Position numbers and translations under genes: made by a program. A stretch of DNA of 64,000 nt from an uncultured Bacilli bacterium (GTDB taxonomy: Bacteria; Bacillota_I; Bacilli_A; RF39; UBA660): NCBI GenBank assembly GCA_934086935.1, contig CAKOIQ010000001.1, positions 8,330 through 72,329 of the forward strand, written 5' to 3'. This document shows positions 44,099 through 54,253 of the stretch, in pieces. Positions within the stretch are counted from its first letter, which is position 1. Each line of letters opens with the position of its first letter. The notes beneath the pieces were generated by a model, which was given only the letters and a program-made list of their open reading frames with translations, did not search any database and was not told the DNA's origin.

Positions 44099-45736
44099 TT
44101 AGACTTCTTGAATGACAGCGATAATCATTGGTTTACACTCAGTTTCTACATAGAAGTATTTACTTAGTTTTTCTCTTATTTCTGTCTTAATATTATTAAA
44201 ATCAACATAATTATTATTGGTGTTATTAACAATCACTTCTTCAGATATTCTTTTAATTTCTTCAATCATTTCTTTAGAATCTTTAACATAGATAAATCCT
44301 CTTGTTGTTACTTCAGGACCTACTAGTAATCTTTTATCTTTTTTAGAGATAGTTGCACTTACTAGAACTATTCCGTTTTCTGATAACATTTCACGATCTT
44401 TAATAACTAAATCTCCAACATCATCTGATGATGTTCCATCGATTAAGACGTCATCAATAAAGATATGTTCGGGATTATCAATTAGTTTTTTATCAACAAT
44501 GTTAATAACATCACCGTTTTGTTTTAAGATTATATTATTTTTATCATAACCTAAATTACTTGCTAAATCAGCATTTCCTACCATATAACGATATTCACCT
44601 TTAACAGGAATAAAGTATTTTGGTTTAAGTAAATCCATCATGATCATTAAATCTTCACTTGAGGCATGAAGAGAGATTCCTTTTTCTTTAGGAATGCTTA
44701 TGGTATTGATTCCCATATAAGCAAGTTCATTTTCAATTTTTACAAATAACTTTTCGTTTTCATCGTATTTCGGTTCGGCGAAGCATACGGTGTCATTAGA
44801 ATTAAATTTGATAAATTTATCGTTTCCAGCTATGATTTTTTCTAATGAATTGTATGGTATGGCACGATCATCACAAACTAATAATATTGAATTTGAATCG
44901 TTTACATTACTTAAATCTCCAATAATACCATCATCTACTGTCATGTATTTTTCTTCTAATGCCATATTGATGATATTTTGAAGTTTTTTACCCATTATTA
45001 CGATTTTACGATGGGTGTTTTTAGCCGCATTAAAGATTCCTTCAATGGTATATAAATGGATTGGTAAAACGCTAAATATTACTCTTCCAGGGGCTTTGTT
45101 GATAACATTTTTGAAGAATGATACCATGTGATGACTTGGACTGGTATGACCAATATTTTCAGAAAATGATGACTCACATAGTAATGCAAGTACTCCTTGT
45201 TTTCCTACATATGCTATTTTACCTAAATCCATATGATATGGTCCCATCATAGATGGATCAATGATAAAGTCTCCAGTATAACAAATAGCGCCATCATTTG
45301 TATATAAAACATACATGACACTATCTGGTACTGAATGGTTTACTTTAATGGGGAAAATACTTAATTCTTTATCAAATGAAAGTTTTTTATGTGCTTCAAT
45401 TAAATGAAGATTAGCTTCATTAATACCTTCTAATTTCATTTGATTAATAGTATATTTTGTTGCATAGATTTTAATCTTAGGAATTAATCTAATTAAGTCT
45501 GATACTCCTCCATAACTTTCAGGATGAGCATGAGTTATAAATACACCTTCAATACGATCTTTATTTTCTATTAAATAAGAATAATCAGGAATAATATAAT
45601 CGATTCCAAAAATTGTATCATTAGCATATTTTAAACCAGCATCAAAAACAAATATCTTGTTATTTACTTCAACAACATAGGTGTTTTTTCCATTTTCGTC
45701 TAATCCACCCATGCCAAAAATTTTTATTTTACTCAT
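44099..45736 (-). CDS. RNase J family protein with substituted catalytic motifs (545 aa)
   Basis: Full-length metallo-beta-lactamase/beta-CASP architecture (HSVPDS and TGDF are conserved). However, H-x-H-x-D-H reads HAHPES, the H-x-S-G-H region reads SLHASS, and P-V-H-G-E reads PVKGE. Confidence 0.8.
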   Translation of the reverse strand: MSKIKIFGMGGLDENGKNTYVVEVNNKIFVFDAGLKYANDTIFGIDYIIPDYSYLIENKDRIEGVFITHAHPESYGGVSDLIRLIPKIKIYATKYTINQMKLEGINEANLHLIEAHKKLSFDKELSIFPIKVNHSVPDSVMYVLYTNDGAICYTGDFIIDPSMMGPYHMDLGKIAYVGKQGVLALLCESSFSENIGHTSPSHHMVSFFKNVINKAPGRVIFSVLPIHLYTIEGIFNAAKNTHRKIVIMGKKLQNIINMALEEKYMTVDDGIIGDLSNVNDSNSILLVCDDRAIPYNSLEKIIAGNDKFIKFNSNDTVCFAEPKYDENEKLFVKIENELAYMGINTISIPKEKGISLHASSEDLMIMMDLLKPKYFIPVKGEYRYMVGNADLASNLGYDKNNIILKQNGDVINIVDKKLIDNPEHIFIDDVLIDGTSSDDVGDLVIKDREMLSENGIVLVSATISKKDKRLLVGPEVTTRGFIYVKDSKEMIEEIKRISEEVIVNNTNNNYVDFNNIKTEIREKLSKYFYVETECKPMIIAVIQEV

Positions 45737-45809
45737 TTAAATCACTCTTTCTATAATTAATACAAGAATTGCTTAGCAGAATTAATTATAGCAGATTTTT
45801 GATTATTTT

Positions 45810-46583
45810 TCAATTATTTTCATTTATAACGTTACTAAGGTAGTCAATTTGAAGGTCTTGTTTATTTATTTCATTTAATAGTAATTTTAAATTATTTAGA
45901 GATGTTGAACTATTAATTAAGATAATATCTCCACTACTTAATTTATTTAAAGAATTTATTATACCGTTATTTAGATTGAGAGAAGTATTTACTATATAAT
46001 ATTTTTTGGATTTACAATATTCAATATTTGAATATTGAATAAGACAAATTTTGGAGTTTAATTTATTTTTGTTTAGTATTGAATTTAAGTTGGAAAAGTT
46101 ATCTTTTTCTTGTTCACCATTAATATATTCTCTTTTTAAAGTAAGATTACTATTTAGTTTAGTTATATATGAGTATTTGATGTTATTATCTTGGAGATAT
46201 TGTTCTAATGTTTGATTGTTTTCTAAAATTAGTGCAACTTTATTTTTTAATTTGTTTCCTTTTATGATTATTTTATCTTTATTATCTTTTAACGATATGT
46301 CTGGGGTAATTTCATCATATTCAAGATAAAGTTCATTAAATTTAGAAAATTCTTCCATTTTAATTAATGATTTATGTCTATTTACTTTTTTACCTTTTAA
46401 TCCAGGAATGATTGTATTATCTTTAATTTCAGCGTTGACGGGTTTAATATTATAGTTTGTTTCTTCTTTGATAATAGTTTGCATTAGAGGATTTTTATTA
46501 TCAACAAGTATCATTAATTTGTCAGTAAAATAAAAACTTAAAACTATTGCAATTATGGTTAAAGTATATTTTATTTTTTTCAT
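45810..46583 (-). CDS. Membrane-anchored hypothetical protein (257 aa)
   Basis: ORF with an N-terminal TM helix and an N/K-rich sequence. No family confidently recognised. Confidence 0.4.
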   Translation of the reverse strand: MKKIKYTLTIIAIVLSFYFTDKLMILVDNKNPLMQTIIKEETNYNIKPVNAEIKDNTIIPGLKGKKVNRHKSLIKMEEFSKFNELYLEYDEITPDISLKDNKDKIIIKGNKLKNKVALILENNQTLEQYLQDNNIKYSYITKLNSNLTLKREYINGEQEKDNFSNLNSILNKNKLNSKICLIQYSNIEYCKSKKYYIVNTSLNLNNGIINSLNKLSSGDIILINSSTSLNNLKLLLNEINKQDLQIDYLSNVINENN

Positions 46584-46620
46584 GTTTTCACCAATATAAA
46601 TATATGTTTTTGTTTAATAA

Positions 46621-46959
46621 CTATTCTTCTTTTTCTGGTGCTTTAGTTGCTAGAAAAACTAATTTTTCAACAATGATTTCGGTTGTATATTTCTTTTCTT
46701 CATTTTCAGTTATATAGGATGATGTTCTAAGTTGACCTCTAACAGCAATTAAATCTCCTTTATGACAATATTCACATGCTCTAGATGCAACTGTTTCCCA
46801 AAGTGAACATCTAATAAAATCAGTTTCATAAATGCCTTCAGCGTTCTTATATGATCTTTGGACTGCTAAAGTTATATTACATACTTTTTTATTATTTTCG
46901 GTTTCTTTGATTTCAGGGTCTTTGGTTAAACGTCCTATTAAATATACTGAATTGTACAT
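46621..46959 (-). CDS. ssb: Single-stranded DNA-binding protein, short form without acidic C-terminal tip
   Basis: I moved the start to MYNSVYLIGRLTKDPE, which has an AAGGAGG SD. OB-fold blocks are present. The protein ends ...ATKAPEKEE rather than with a D-D-D-(I/L)-P-F-type tail. Confidence 0.8.
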   Translation of the reverse strand: MYNSVYLIGRLTKDPEIKETENNKKVCNITLAVQRSYKNAEGIYETDFIRCSLWETVASRACEYCHKGDLIAVRGQLRTSSYITENEEKKYTTEIIVEKLVFLATKAPEKEE

Positions 46960-47100
46960 AAGTCCTCCTTTCTTTTTACTTTTTATCATCTTTTAAAATA
47001 TTAAGCAAAAAGTTAAAAATAAAAATCTGAGTGATTTTTTACTCAGATTTTTGTTTTTATTTAAGATATTTTTTTATTTTTGCTTAGCAGAAAAATTATT

Positions 47101-48387
47101 TTAATTCTCTTTTAATAATCTATTTAATTCAACTGCATATTCTAATGGTAATTCTTTTTTAAAGTCAGAGATAAAGCCTAAAATGATTAATTCTTTAGCA
47201 GCATCTTCAGATAAGCCTTTACTCATTAGATAAAATAGTTTTTCTTCACTTACTTTAGATACTGTTGCTTCATGTTCTAGGACTGATGAATCGTTTAAAA
47301 CAATGTTTTTAGGGATAGTATCACTTTTAGATAAATTATCTAAAAGTATGGTATCACATTTTACTGATGCAACACTATCTGTAGCATTTGATGATATTTT
47401 AATGGTACCACGATAGTTAGCTAATCCACCATTAGAAGCAATACTTTTAGATACTATATTACTCTTAGTATGTTTACCTAAATGTATCATTTTAGCACCA
47501 GCATCTAATCTTTGATTTTCTTTAGCATAAGCAATACTTATGGAATTAGCTCTTGAATAATCGCCTCTTAAAATGCATGATGGGTATTTCATTGTTACTC
47601 CACTACCAATATTGCCATCAATCCACTGCATATAGCCATTTTCATCAACGATGCATCTTTTAGTAACTAAATTATAAACATCTGTACTCCAGTTTTGAAT
47701 AGTACTATATTTACATTTAGCGTCTTTTTTTACAAAGATTTCAACTACTCCAGCATGTAATGAGTTTTGAGAATGTGATTCAGCTGTACAACCTTCTATA
47801 TAGCTTAATTCAGCGCCTTCATCAACAATTATTATAGTTCTTTCAAATTGACCCATTGTGACACTATTAATTCTAAAATAACTTTGAAGTGGTCTATCTA
47901 ATTTAACTCCTTTAGGAATATAAATAAATGAACCTCCACTCCATAAGCAACCATTTAAAGCAGTATATTTATTTTCATCATATTTAACTAAACTATTAAA
48001 GTATTCTTTAAACATTTCCGGATATTCTTTTAAAGCTTCATCTGTACTTAGAAAGATAACTCCATTATTATCTTTTAGTTTATGATAGAAAACTTCACTT
48101 TCTACTTGATTAGATACACCACATAAATAATTATTTTCAGCATCAATAACACCAAGATTTTTAAAAGTTGTTCTTAAATTATCATCTACTTTATTCCAAT
48201 CATCAGTTAGATCTAATTCTTTTTTATAATAATTAATATTATCAAAATCTATATCAATATGAGGACCAAAATTAGGATTATCTAATTCTAAAAATTTTTC
48301 AAATGATTTTAAACGAAATTCAAGCATCCATTTTGGTTCATTTTTTAATTTAGAAACTTTTGTAATAAATTCTTTATTTAATTTCAT
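47101..48387 (-). CDS. sufB: Fe-S cluster assembly protein SufB
   Basis: GQFERTIIIVDEGAELSYIEGCTA and the C-terminal beta-helix region are typical of SufB. The start is at the ATG (MKLNKEF). No sufC, sufD, sufS or sufU is adjacent. Confidence 0.8.
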   Translation of the reverse strand: MKLNKEFITKVSKLKNEPKWMLEFRLKSFEKFLELDNPNFGPHIDIDFDNINYYKKELDLTDDWNKVDDNLRTTFKNLGVIDAENNYLCGVSNQVESEVFYHKLKDNNGVIFLSTDEALKEYPEMFKEYFNSLVKYDENKYTALNGCLWSGGSFIYIPKGVKLDRPLQSYFRINSVTMGQFERTIIIVDEGAELSYIEGCTAESHSQNSLHAGVVEIFVKKDAKCKYSTIQNWSTDVYNLVTKRCIVDENGYMQWIDGNIGSGVTMKYPSCILRGDYSRANSISIAYAKENQRLDAGAKMIHLGKHTKSNIVSKSIASNGGLANYRGTIKISSNATDSVASVKCDTILLDNLSKSDTIPKNIVLNDSSVLEHEATVSKVSEEKLFYLMSKGLSEDAAKELIILGFISDFKKELPLEYAVELNRLLKEN

Positions 48388-48416
48388 AAATAACACCAAT
48401 AGTTATTATAGCATAA

Positions 48417-48968
48417 TCAATGATGTTTTTTTAGTAAAAATAATATTAAGACAAAAATTAATACTATAGGAATAAGTAACAAATAGTAATTAAAACTCTT
48501 TTGTATTTTTGGATTTTCTTTTATTTGTTCTTTTTCTAAAATATCTTCTTTAGTTAATATACAATATTTTTCGTAAATATCTTTTTCACCTTTATTTTTA
48601 GCAATAATTACTTCTGGTAAGCATACTTTATATTTTACTTCTTTTCCTTCGTCTTTACTCACTAATTCATAGGCTTCATTTCGGGTTACAATAGCACCTG
48701 ATTTACTGTTATTATCATGAAAAGTAACTATAAAAAGATATTTACCACTGTACATAACAGTATTTGCTCTTTCAATATAAAAATTAAGTGAATCATCTAG
48801 TGAATCAATTATTTGATCATTAAAAGTAAAATAATCTTTTAATAAATTATAGTTTTCAATAGATATTGTTGTGCCATTGTTTAAAGTTACTTCTTCATTT
48901 TGTATTGTTAAAGCAGATACTGTGTTTATATTAATAATAAGAATTAATAACAATATTATTTTTTTCAT
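48417..48968 (-). CDS. Secreted/C-terminally anchored hypothetical protein (183 aa)
   Basis: Signal peptide plus a C-terminal TM helix. No family recognised. Confidence 0.4.
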   Translation of the reverse strand: MKKIILLLILIININTVSALTIQNEEVTLNNGTTISIENYNLLKDYFTFNDQIIDSLDDSLNFYIERANTVMYSGKYLFIVTFHDNNSKSGAIVTRNEAYELVSKDEGKEVKYKVCLPEVIIAKNKGEKDIYEKYCILTKEDILEKEQIKENPKIQKSFNYYLLLIPIVLIFVLILFLLKKHH

Positions 48969-49044
48969 TTTGACTCCTTTCTAAAAAAATAGTAACAACT
49001 AAAAGTTATAAAAAAAAGCAACTAATTATTGCACTGGCAAATAA

Positions 49045-50091
49045 TTAATTGCTTTCTAGTTTAGATAGTTCTTTATTTAAGATACTTAGGTATGGTTCAT
49101 ATTCAAATTTATTATTACTGTATTTGATAATGGAATCATTTAAATATATTGTGACATAATCTTTTCTTTTATCTGATGAGAGGAAACCGATTTTAATTAT
49201 ATTATCTTGATAGTTTTTTTGAGCATAGAAAATATTATCATTGGTTCCACCTGATACAGTAAATGTATAGTCTATTGGTGAGTAATAATAGTTATATAAA
49301 CTTTCTTTGATATAGATTTTAGAATTACTTATATAATTATAACCATATGATAATAATGTATTATGATTTAAAGTATAAATAGTTTTATTTTCTATGATGG
49401 TTGAGTCTTGATTATTTATTAGATGATAAGTATTCATAATTTCTTTAAAGTTTAATTTAACTTCTTCTTCATATTCATTTTTGTTATAGGTATAAAGGAT
49501 TTCAATGTATAAGTTATTAAGATGCTTAATAATGTCGTGACGATTGGTTCTTAGGATTAAATCGGTATTATATTTGCCATTATAAATAGATATTTCTTGA
49601 TTGTTTTCTTTATAAAATATATTAATTGTGGCATTTTCTAAACTAAATACTTCACTAGATATATTACCTATAGTTAAGTAATTTTTATTATTAGAATATA
49701 AATAGTAAGAGTTGTTAAGTTTAAAATAATTTGAATTAATATTTATTTTATAGTAATGAAATGTATTATTTAAATTAATATATAATAAAACTGATATGAT
49801 AAAAATAAATGTTATAGATAAGATGAAAATAATTTTATGATGTTTTTTGTTATTTATTTTAAGAAGATGGTCAAAATCATTTTCAATTAAATTGCCATAG
49901 ATATCATTAAGTTTTAAATCTAATTCTTTACATAAAGAGGCATATAAAGATTGATCAGGATAAGATACTTCGTTTTCCCAATTACTTACAGCTTGTCTAG
50001 TAACATTTAGTTTGGTTGCTAGTTCTTGTTGACTCATTTTTTTATTAATACGTGATTTTTTTATTAGTTTTCCAATTGTTTTTTTATCCAT
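49045..50091 (-). CDS. XRE-family HTH transcriptional regulator fused to TM helix and extracytoplasmic domain
   Basis: The N-terminus MSQQELATKLNVTRQAVSNWENEVSYP is a canonical HTH_3. A TM helix (IIFILSITFIFIISVLLYI) follows, then a ~230-aa Y/N-rich domain. Confidence 0.75.
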   Translation of the reverse strand: MDKKTIGKLIKKSRINKKMSQQELATKLNVTRQAVSNWENEVSYPDQSLYASLCKELDLKLNDIYGNLIENDFDHLLKINNKKHHKIIFILSITFIFIISVLLYINLNNTFHYYKININSNYFKLNNSYYLYSNNKNYLTIGNISSEVFSLENATINIFYKENNQEISIYNGKYNTDLILRTNRHDIIKHLNNLYIEILYTYNKNEYEEEVKLNFKEIMNTYHLINNQDSTIIENKTIYTLNHNTLLSYGYNYISNSKIYIKESLYNYYYSPIDYTFTVSGGTNDNIFYAQKNYQDNIIKIGFLSSDKRKDYVTIYLNDSIIKYSNNKFEYEPYLSILNKELSKLESN

Positions 50092-50144
50092 AAAAATCGT
50101 CCTATATGTCTATATTTTATAATAATTTTAAACAAAATAAAAGA

Positions 50145-51179
50145 TTAGAGTTCCAATTTTTTAGTATCTTCTTTTTCAAGTGAAAAGTTTTCTGAAAGTA
50201 ATAGTCCATAAAACTCACTTAGTGTTTTTATTTGTTCAAATGATACTTCTTTAATACCAATATGATTTAAACATGTAAGAATTGATTCAGTTTTAATTAA
50301 TTCATGAAGTTCTTGTATTTTGGTCATATATGTTTTATCTTCAAGATATCTATAATACATGTAAGGAAATAATAATAAAGCAATAACGTATTCTAATGAT
50401 TGAAATATACTATATTTTTTATGATTTAAATAATCAACTAAAACATCTAATTCATAGTCATAATCATCAGATTCTCCAAAGTATAATTCATATGATGATT
50501 TACTGATGTCCCCACATTTAATATATACAATTAACATAGCAACAACACTTTCAATATTAATGACAGTATTAAGTAAAGTTTTTAAACTACTTCTTTTAAA
50601 AAATGGGGCTTCGGGAAATACTTTTTCATTGTCATTCCAGAAAATGAATTCTTCAGTATAGGCTATAGTTTCAGTGAAAACTTCTCTAGCCGGGGTTGAA
50701 ATATTTATTAGTGCATTGCGATAGTGAGATAATTCATGAATTAAAATTGCTGTATCAGAAATATAACCAGTATTGGGAACTTCTATTTTTGTTTTATCGT
50801 TTTTACAAAATCCTCCTAAATAAGGGTAATATATTCTTTCTTTTTCTGTTTCTTCGACATATGTATTGATATTTGGGGTTATAAATCCACGATTAAAGAT
50901 TTCATTGACATCAAAATCAATTTGATGTTGCTGATAAAACTTTTGAGCATAGTGTAATCTTAAATTTATAGAATAAACTGGAATTTGCTTATATGAGGTA
51001 TCTTCCCTAACTTTATTTAAAACTGGATAATATGGTCTAGCCACTTTTCTTAATGATTCACAGGTATAACCAATTTCGGGTAAATGGTCAAAAAAGAATT
51101 GATAGTCAGAATTTCTTTGTAAAAAATCGTTAAAAAAGATATTTATTTTATTTAAATCGTTTTTGTTGAATCCTTTCAT
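50145..51179 (-). CDS. Putative zinc metallopeptidase (HExxH), 344 aa
   Basis: AILIHELSHYRN (H-E-x-x-H) with Glu residues 20-30 aa downstream, a gluzincin-like arrangement. The family is not resolved. Confidence 0.5.
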   Translation of the reverse strand: MKGFNKNDLNKINIFFNDFLQRNSDYQFFFDHLPEIGYTCESLRKVARPYYPVLNKVREDTSYKQIPVYSINLRLHYAQKFYQQHQIDFDVNEIFNRGFITPNINTYVEETEKERIYYPYLGGFCKNDKTKIEVPNTGYISDTAILIHELSHYRNALINISTPAREVFTETIAYTEEFIFWNDNEKVFPEAPFFKRSSLKTLLNTVINIESVVAMLIVYIKCGDISKSSYELYFGESDDYDYELDVLVDYLNHKKYSIFQSLEYVIALLLFPYMYYRYLEDKTYMTKIQELHELIKTESILTCLNHIGIKEVSFEQIKTLSEFYGLLLSENFSLEKEDTKKLEL

Positions 51180-51180
51180 T

Positions 51181-52272
51181 TTAAGCCTTTCTATGCATAG
51201 TTAAAACTGGATTTTTTGAATATGCACCCGTTACTAATTGTTTGGAGTTTTTTAATGTTTTTTCTAATCGATAGTCTCTATATGAAACTTTTTCAATGTT
51301 GGGGTTTTCGGAAAGTATTGCTTCATGTCCTTCTATTTCATTTAATGTTCGTTTACCAAATAATAAAAATTCAGGATTAAACTCTTGGGCTAAGATGGCA
51401 TCTTTAAAGAGATGGGGATTTCTTGTTATGGCCCATGTATTGTCACAATAATAATATTTTCCATCTATTTTAATAATGTTCCAAGCATGTTCTTCATTAA
51501 GTATAGTTCGGGCATCAATATTCATTTGGGGATTATTAAGAAGCATGGTGGTTGCATTAGATATTCCCATACATAATCCATAGTGTTTATTAATAATAGT
51601 TTCCACTAATCCTACTTCATCATCTAATACTTGAGCAGTTAAGGTTTTATCATCTAAAGTATAGATTTCTCCATTTATTTCTAAATCTGGTATATTATCA
51701 ACATATTGGACATGTCTTTGAAGATAAGCAGAAACTACAAGTAATTTTTGAGCATCGGTTAAATCTTTGCCTTTTAAACTTTCAACTACTTCTTTTATCC
51801 TTTTTAAATTTTCTAGAGAGATTTCTTTATTACCATTAAAATATATGGCACACTTACCTATACTTAATGAATTGGTGTAAACTAAATTATCAAAATCAAT
51901 ACCCCACATAAGATGAGAAATGGGAACTGTAATTATGGTTTTATCTAATTCTGAAAGTTTTATATCTGAACGATCTTTATTTTGAAAATCATCTAAAACG
52001 TTAATTATCATGGGAAATTTTTCGTTATAGTGTTTGTTAATGAATTTTACACATTCATATGATTCACAATTGATGACTGTTACTCCTTCACTTTCTAATA
52101 TTTTTATAACTCTGATAAATTCATCGAAGTGAGTGGATAACATTTGATAATCAACTACAATAGTAAAGACTTGTTCTCTGATTTCATCATCACTTAATTT
52201 GATTACATCGCTTAAGGAATCAGAATACATAAATGTATAGTTTATTTTATCTAATTCTTTTAAAACTTCCAT
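51181..52272 (-). CDS. Transglutaminase-like cysteine protease superfamily protein, 363 aa
   Basis: GLCMGISNATTML...EEHAWNIIKIDGKYYYCDNTW fits the C...H...D transglutaminase-core pattern. It is separated from the HExxH gene by 1 nt. Confidence 0.6.
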   Translation of the reverse strand: MEVLKELDKINYTFMYSDSLSDVIKLSDDEIREQVFTIVVDYQMLSTHFDEFIRVIKILESEGVTVINCESYECVKFINKHYNEKFPMIINVLDDFQNKDRSDIKLSELDKTIITVPISHLMWGIDFDNLVYTNSLSIGKCAIYFNGNKEISLENLKRIKEVVESLKGKDLTDAQKLLVVSAYLQRHVQYVDNIPDLEINGEIYTLDDKTLTAQVLDDEVGLVETIINKHYGLCMGISNATTMLLNNPQMNIDARTILNEEHAWNIIKIDGKYYYCDNTWAITRNPHLFKDAILAQEFNPEFLLFGKRTLNEIEGHEAILSENPNIEKVSYRDYRLEKTLKNSKQLVTGAYSKNPVLTMHRKA

Positions 52273-52326
52273 AAATTCCCCTTCTTTGGTTGTTTATGTT
52301 AACATAAAATGGAAAAAAAAGAAAGC

Positions 52327-52587
52327 CTATATGGCTTTTACTATAAGTTTAATTGCTGTTTTTTCGGCTCCATCGATAATGATATCTGAAAAAGCAGGAA
52401 TAACAACTAAATTTTTTCCACTTGGAGCAACAAATCCTCTAGCTATAGCAATTGCTTTAATGGCTTGATTTAAACTTCCTGCTCCAATAGTTTGAATTTC
52501 AACTATTCCATCGATACGAAAGACATTAGCAATTGCTCCAGCTACTTTACTAGGGTTACTCTTACTGGATACTTTTAATATTTCCAT
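52327..52587 (-). CDS. spoVS: SpoVS-family protein
   Basis: MEILKVSSKSNPSKVAGAIA...IQTIGAGSLNQAIKAIAIARGF shows strong resemblance to stage V sporulation protein S. I chose the start with the GGAGG SD. Confidence 0.8.
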   Translation of the reverse strand: MEILKVSSKSNPSKVAGAIANVFRIDGIVEIQTIGAGSLNQAIKAIAIARGFVAPSGKNLVVIPAFSDIIIDGAEKTAIKLIVKAI

Positions 52588-52630
52588 TTGTGCCTCCATT
52601 AAAATATATTCATAATGAAGAAAAATAGAA

Positions 52631-54253
52631 TTATTTTTGAATAGGTTTTGATTTATTATTTTTTGATAAATTCGGTTTTTGCATATTTATAACTAAGTCA
52701 GCATTTAACTTTGATTTAAAATTACGATTATGAGTTATACATATGATTGTTCCTTTGAATGTGTCAATTACTTCTTCTATTATTTTGATTGCTTCTATAT
52801 CTAGATGGTTTGTAACTTCATCTAATAATAAAATATTTATATCTTCTAAAGCTAATCTTGCTAGATTTACTCTAGTTCTCATACCTGGAGATAATTCTTT
52901 ATATTTTTTATCTTTATCTTCATAACTTATGTTAAATTTATCAAGTAATGTAAATAAGTAACCTTTATCTATGGTTTTATCTTTGGTTAAAAATGTATAA
53001 ATTGTATCATCTTCAGAAAAGTCATCGTATGTATTTTGAGATATATAACCAATTTTAGCACTACTTCCTATAATTACATTACCACTTATTGGTTTTAGTC
53101 CTCCAGTAATAGTTTTCATTAAGGTTGTTTTTCCAACCCCATTTGAACCTTCTATTAGTACTTTTGATCCAAATGGTATTGTTAAATCAACTGCATCTGT
53201 GTGAAATGAATCATAACCACAAACTAAATCTTCAAGTTTAATATCTTTATTGCCTTTTGATATATCTTGTTTTAGAAAAAATGTAATTTTTTCTTTTTTT
53301 CTGAAATCACTATCAATTTCAACTTCATCTAATTCTTTATTTAGTCTAGAGATTTTTCCAGCTGTTTTCTTTGTTTGCTCTTTTTGATAATTGGCAGCAA
53401 TTTTATCATTATCACTAGATTTTTTCTTCATTCCTTTAGAAGCCCATTTTTGTGCAGTATTTATTTCTTGCTTGATTTTTGATTTCTTTTCTTTGGCATT
53501 TTCATATGCTTCTAAAGCGTGAGTATATTCTAAATCTTTATATTCAACATAAGCATAATATGATAAATTGTATTCTTTAATTTTACCGCCATCTAACTCA
53601 ATTATTTTGGTAGTTAAGTTATTTAAAAATTCTTCATCATGACTTACTATAATCATTTGTTTATTTAAACTTTTTAAATATTTTTCTAACCAGGTTATTG
53701 CTTCTATATCTAGATTATTGGTTGGTTCATCTAAAAGAAAAATATCATCATTGCTTAAAAGCATAGCAGCTAGAAGGATTTTCATTTTTTCTCCACCTGA
53801 TAATTCTTTTATTTTTTTATCTAATGGTTCATCAAAATTTAAACCAGCTAAAATAAATGACAAGTTGCTTTCAAAATTATATCCATCTTTTTTTAAGTAT
53901 TCTTCTAAGGCGTTGCCATAATCTTCCATATTTGCTTCATCTGGATGTTGTTCAAAATTACTTATTATTGCTTCTAAGTTTGTTAAATTAGTTATTTGTT
54001 TTAGGTAATCAACAACTGAAAGGTTATAAAACTCTGGTGATATTTCCTGGTTCAAATAAAAGGCAGTTTCATTATTTAACTTTACTTTACCTTTATCTGC
54101 AGGAATTTGGCCAGAAATTATTTTTAAAAGAGTACTTTTACCACTCCCGTTAGGACCAACTAGTCCAATTACTTCGTTTTGATTTAGGGATAATGTTATA
54201 TTATCTATTATTGTTTTTCCATTGAAACTTTTGGTAAGATCACTTACTATCAT
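52631..54253 (-). CDS. ABC-F family ATPase (two ABC domains, no TM domain)
   Basis: Walker A GPNGSGKST and GSNGVGKTT, signatures LSGGEKMK and LSPGMRTR, and a K/E-rich interdomain linker. The start is at MIVSDLTKSF, which has a GAGGTG SD. Confidence 0.8.
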   Translation of the reverse strand: MIVSDLTKSFNGKTIIDNITLSLNQNEVIGLVGPNGSGKSTLLKIISGQIPADKGKVKLNNETAFYLNQEISPEFYNLSVVDYLKQITNLTNLEAIISNFEQHPDEANMEDYGNALEEYLKKDGYNFESNLSFILAGLNFDEPLDKKIKELSGGEKMKILLAAMLLSNDDIFLLDEPTNNLDIEAITWLEKYLKSLNKQMIIVSHDEEFLNNLTTKIIELDGGKIKEYNLSYYAYVEYKDLEYTHALEAYENAKEKKSKIKQEINTAQKWASKGMKKKSSDNDKIAANYQKEQTKKTAGKISRLNKELDEVEIDSDFRKKEKITFFLKQDISKGNKDIKLEDLVCGYDSFHTDAVDLTIPFGSKVLIEGSNGVGKTTLMKTITGGLKPISGNVIIGSSAKIGYISQNTYDDFSEDDTIYTFLTKDKTIDKGYLFTLLDKFNISYEDKDKKYKELSPGMRTRVNLARLALEDINILLLDEVTNHLDIEAIKIIEEVIDTFKGTIICITHNRNFKSKLNADLVINMQKPNLSKNNKSKPIQK

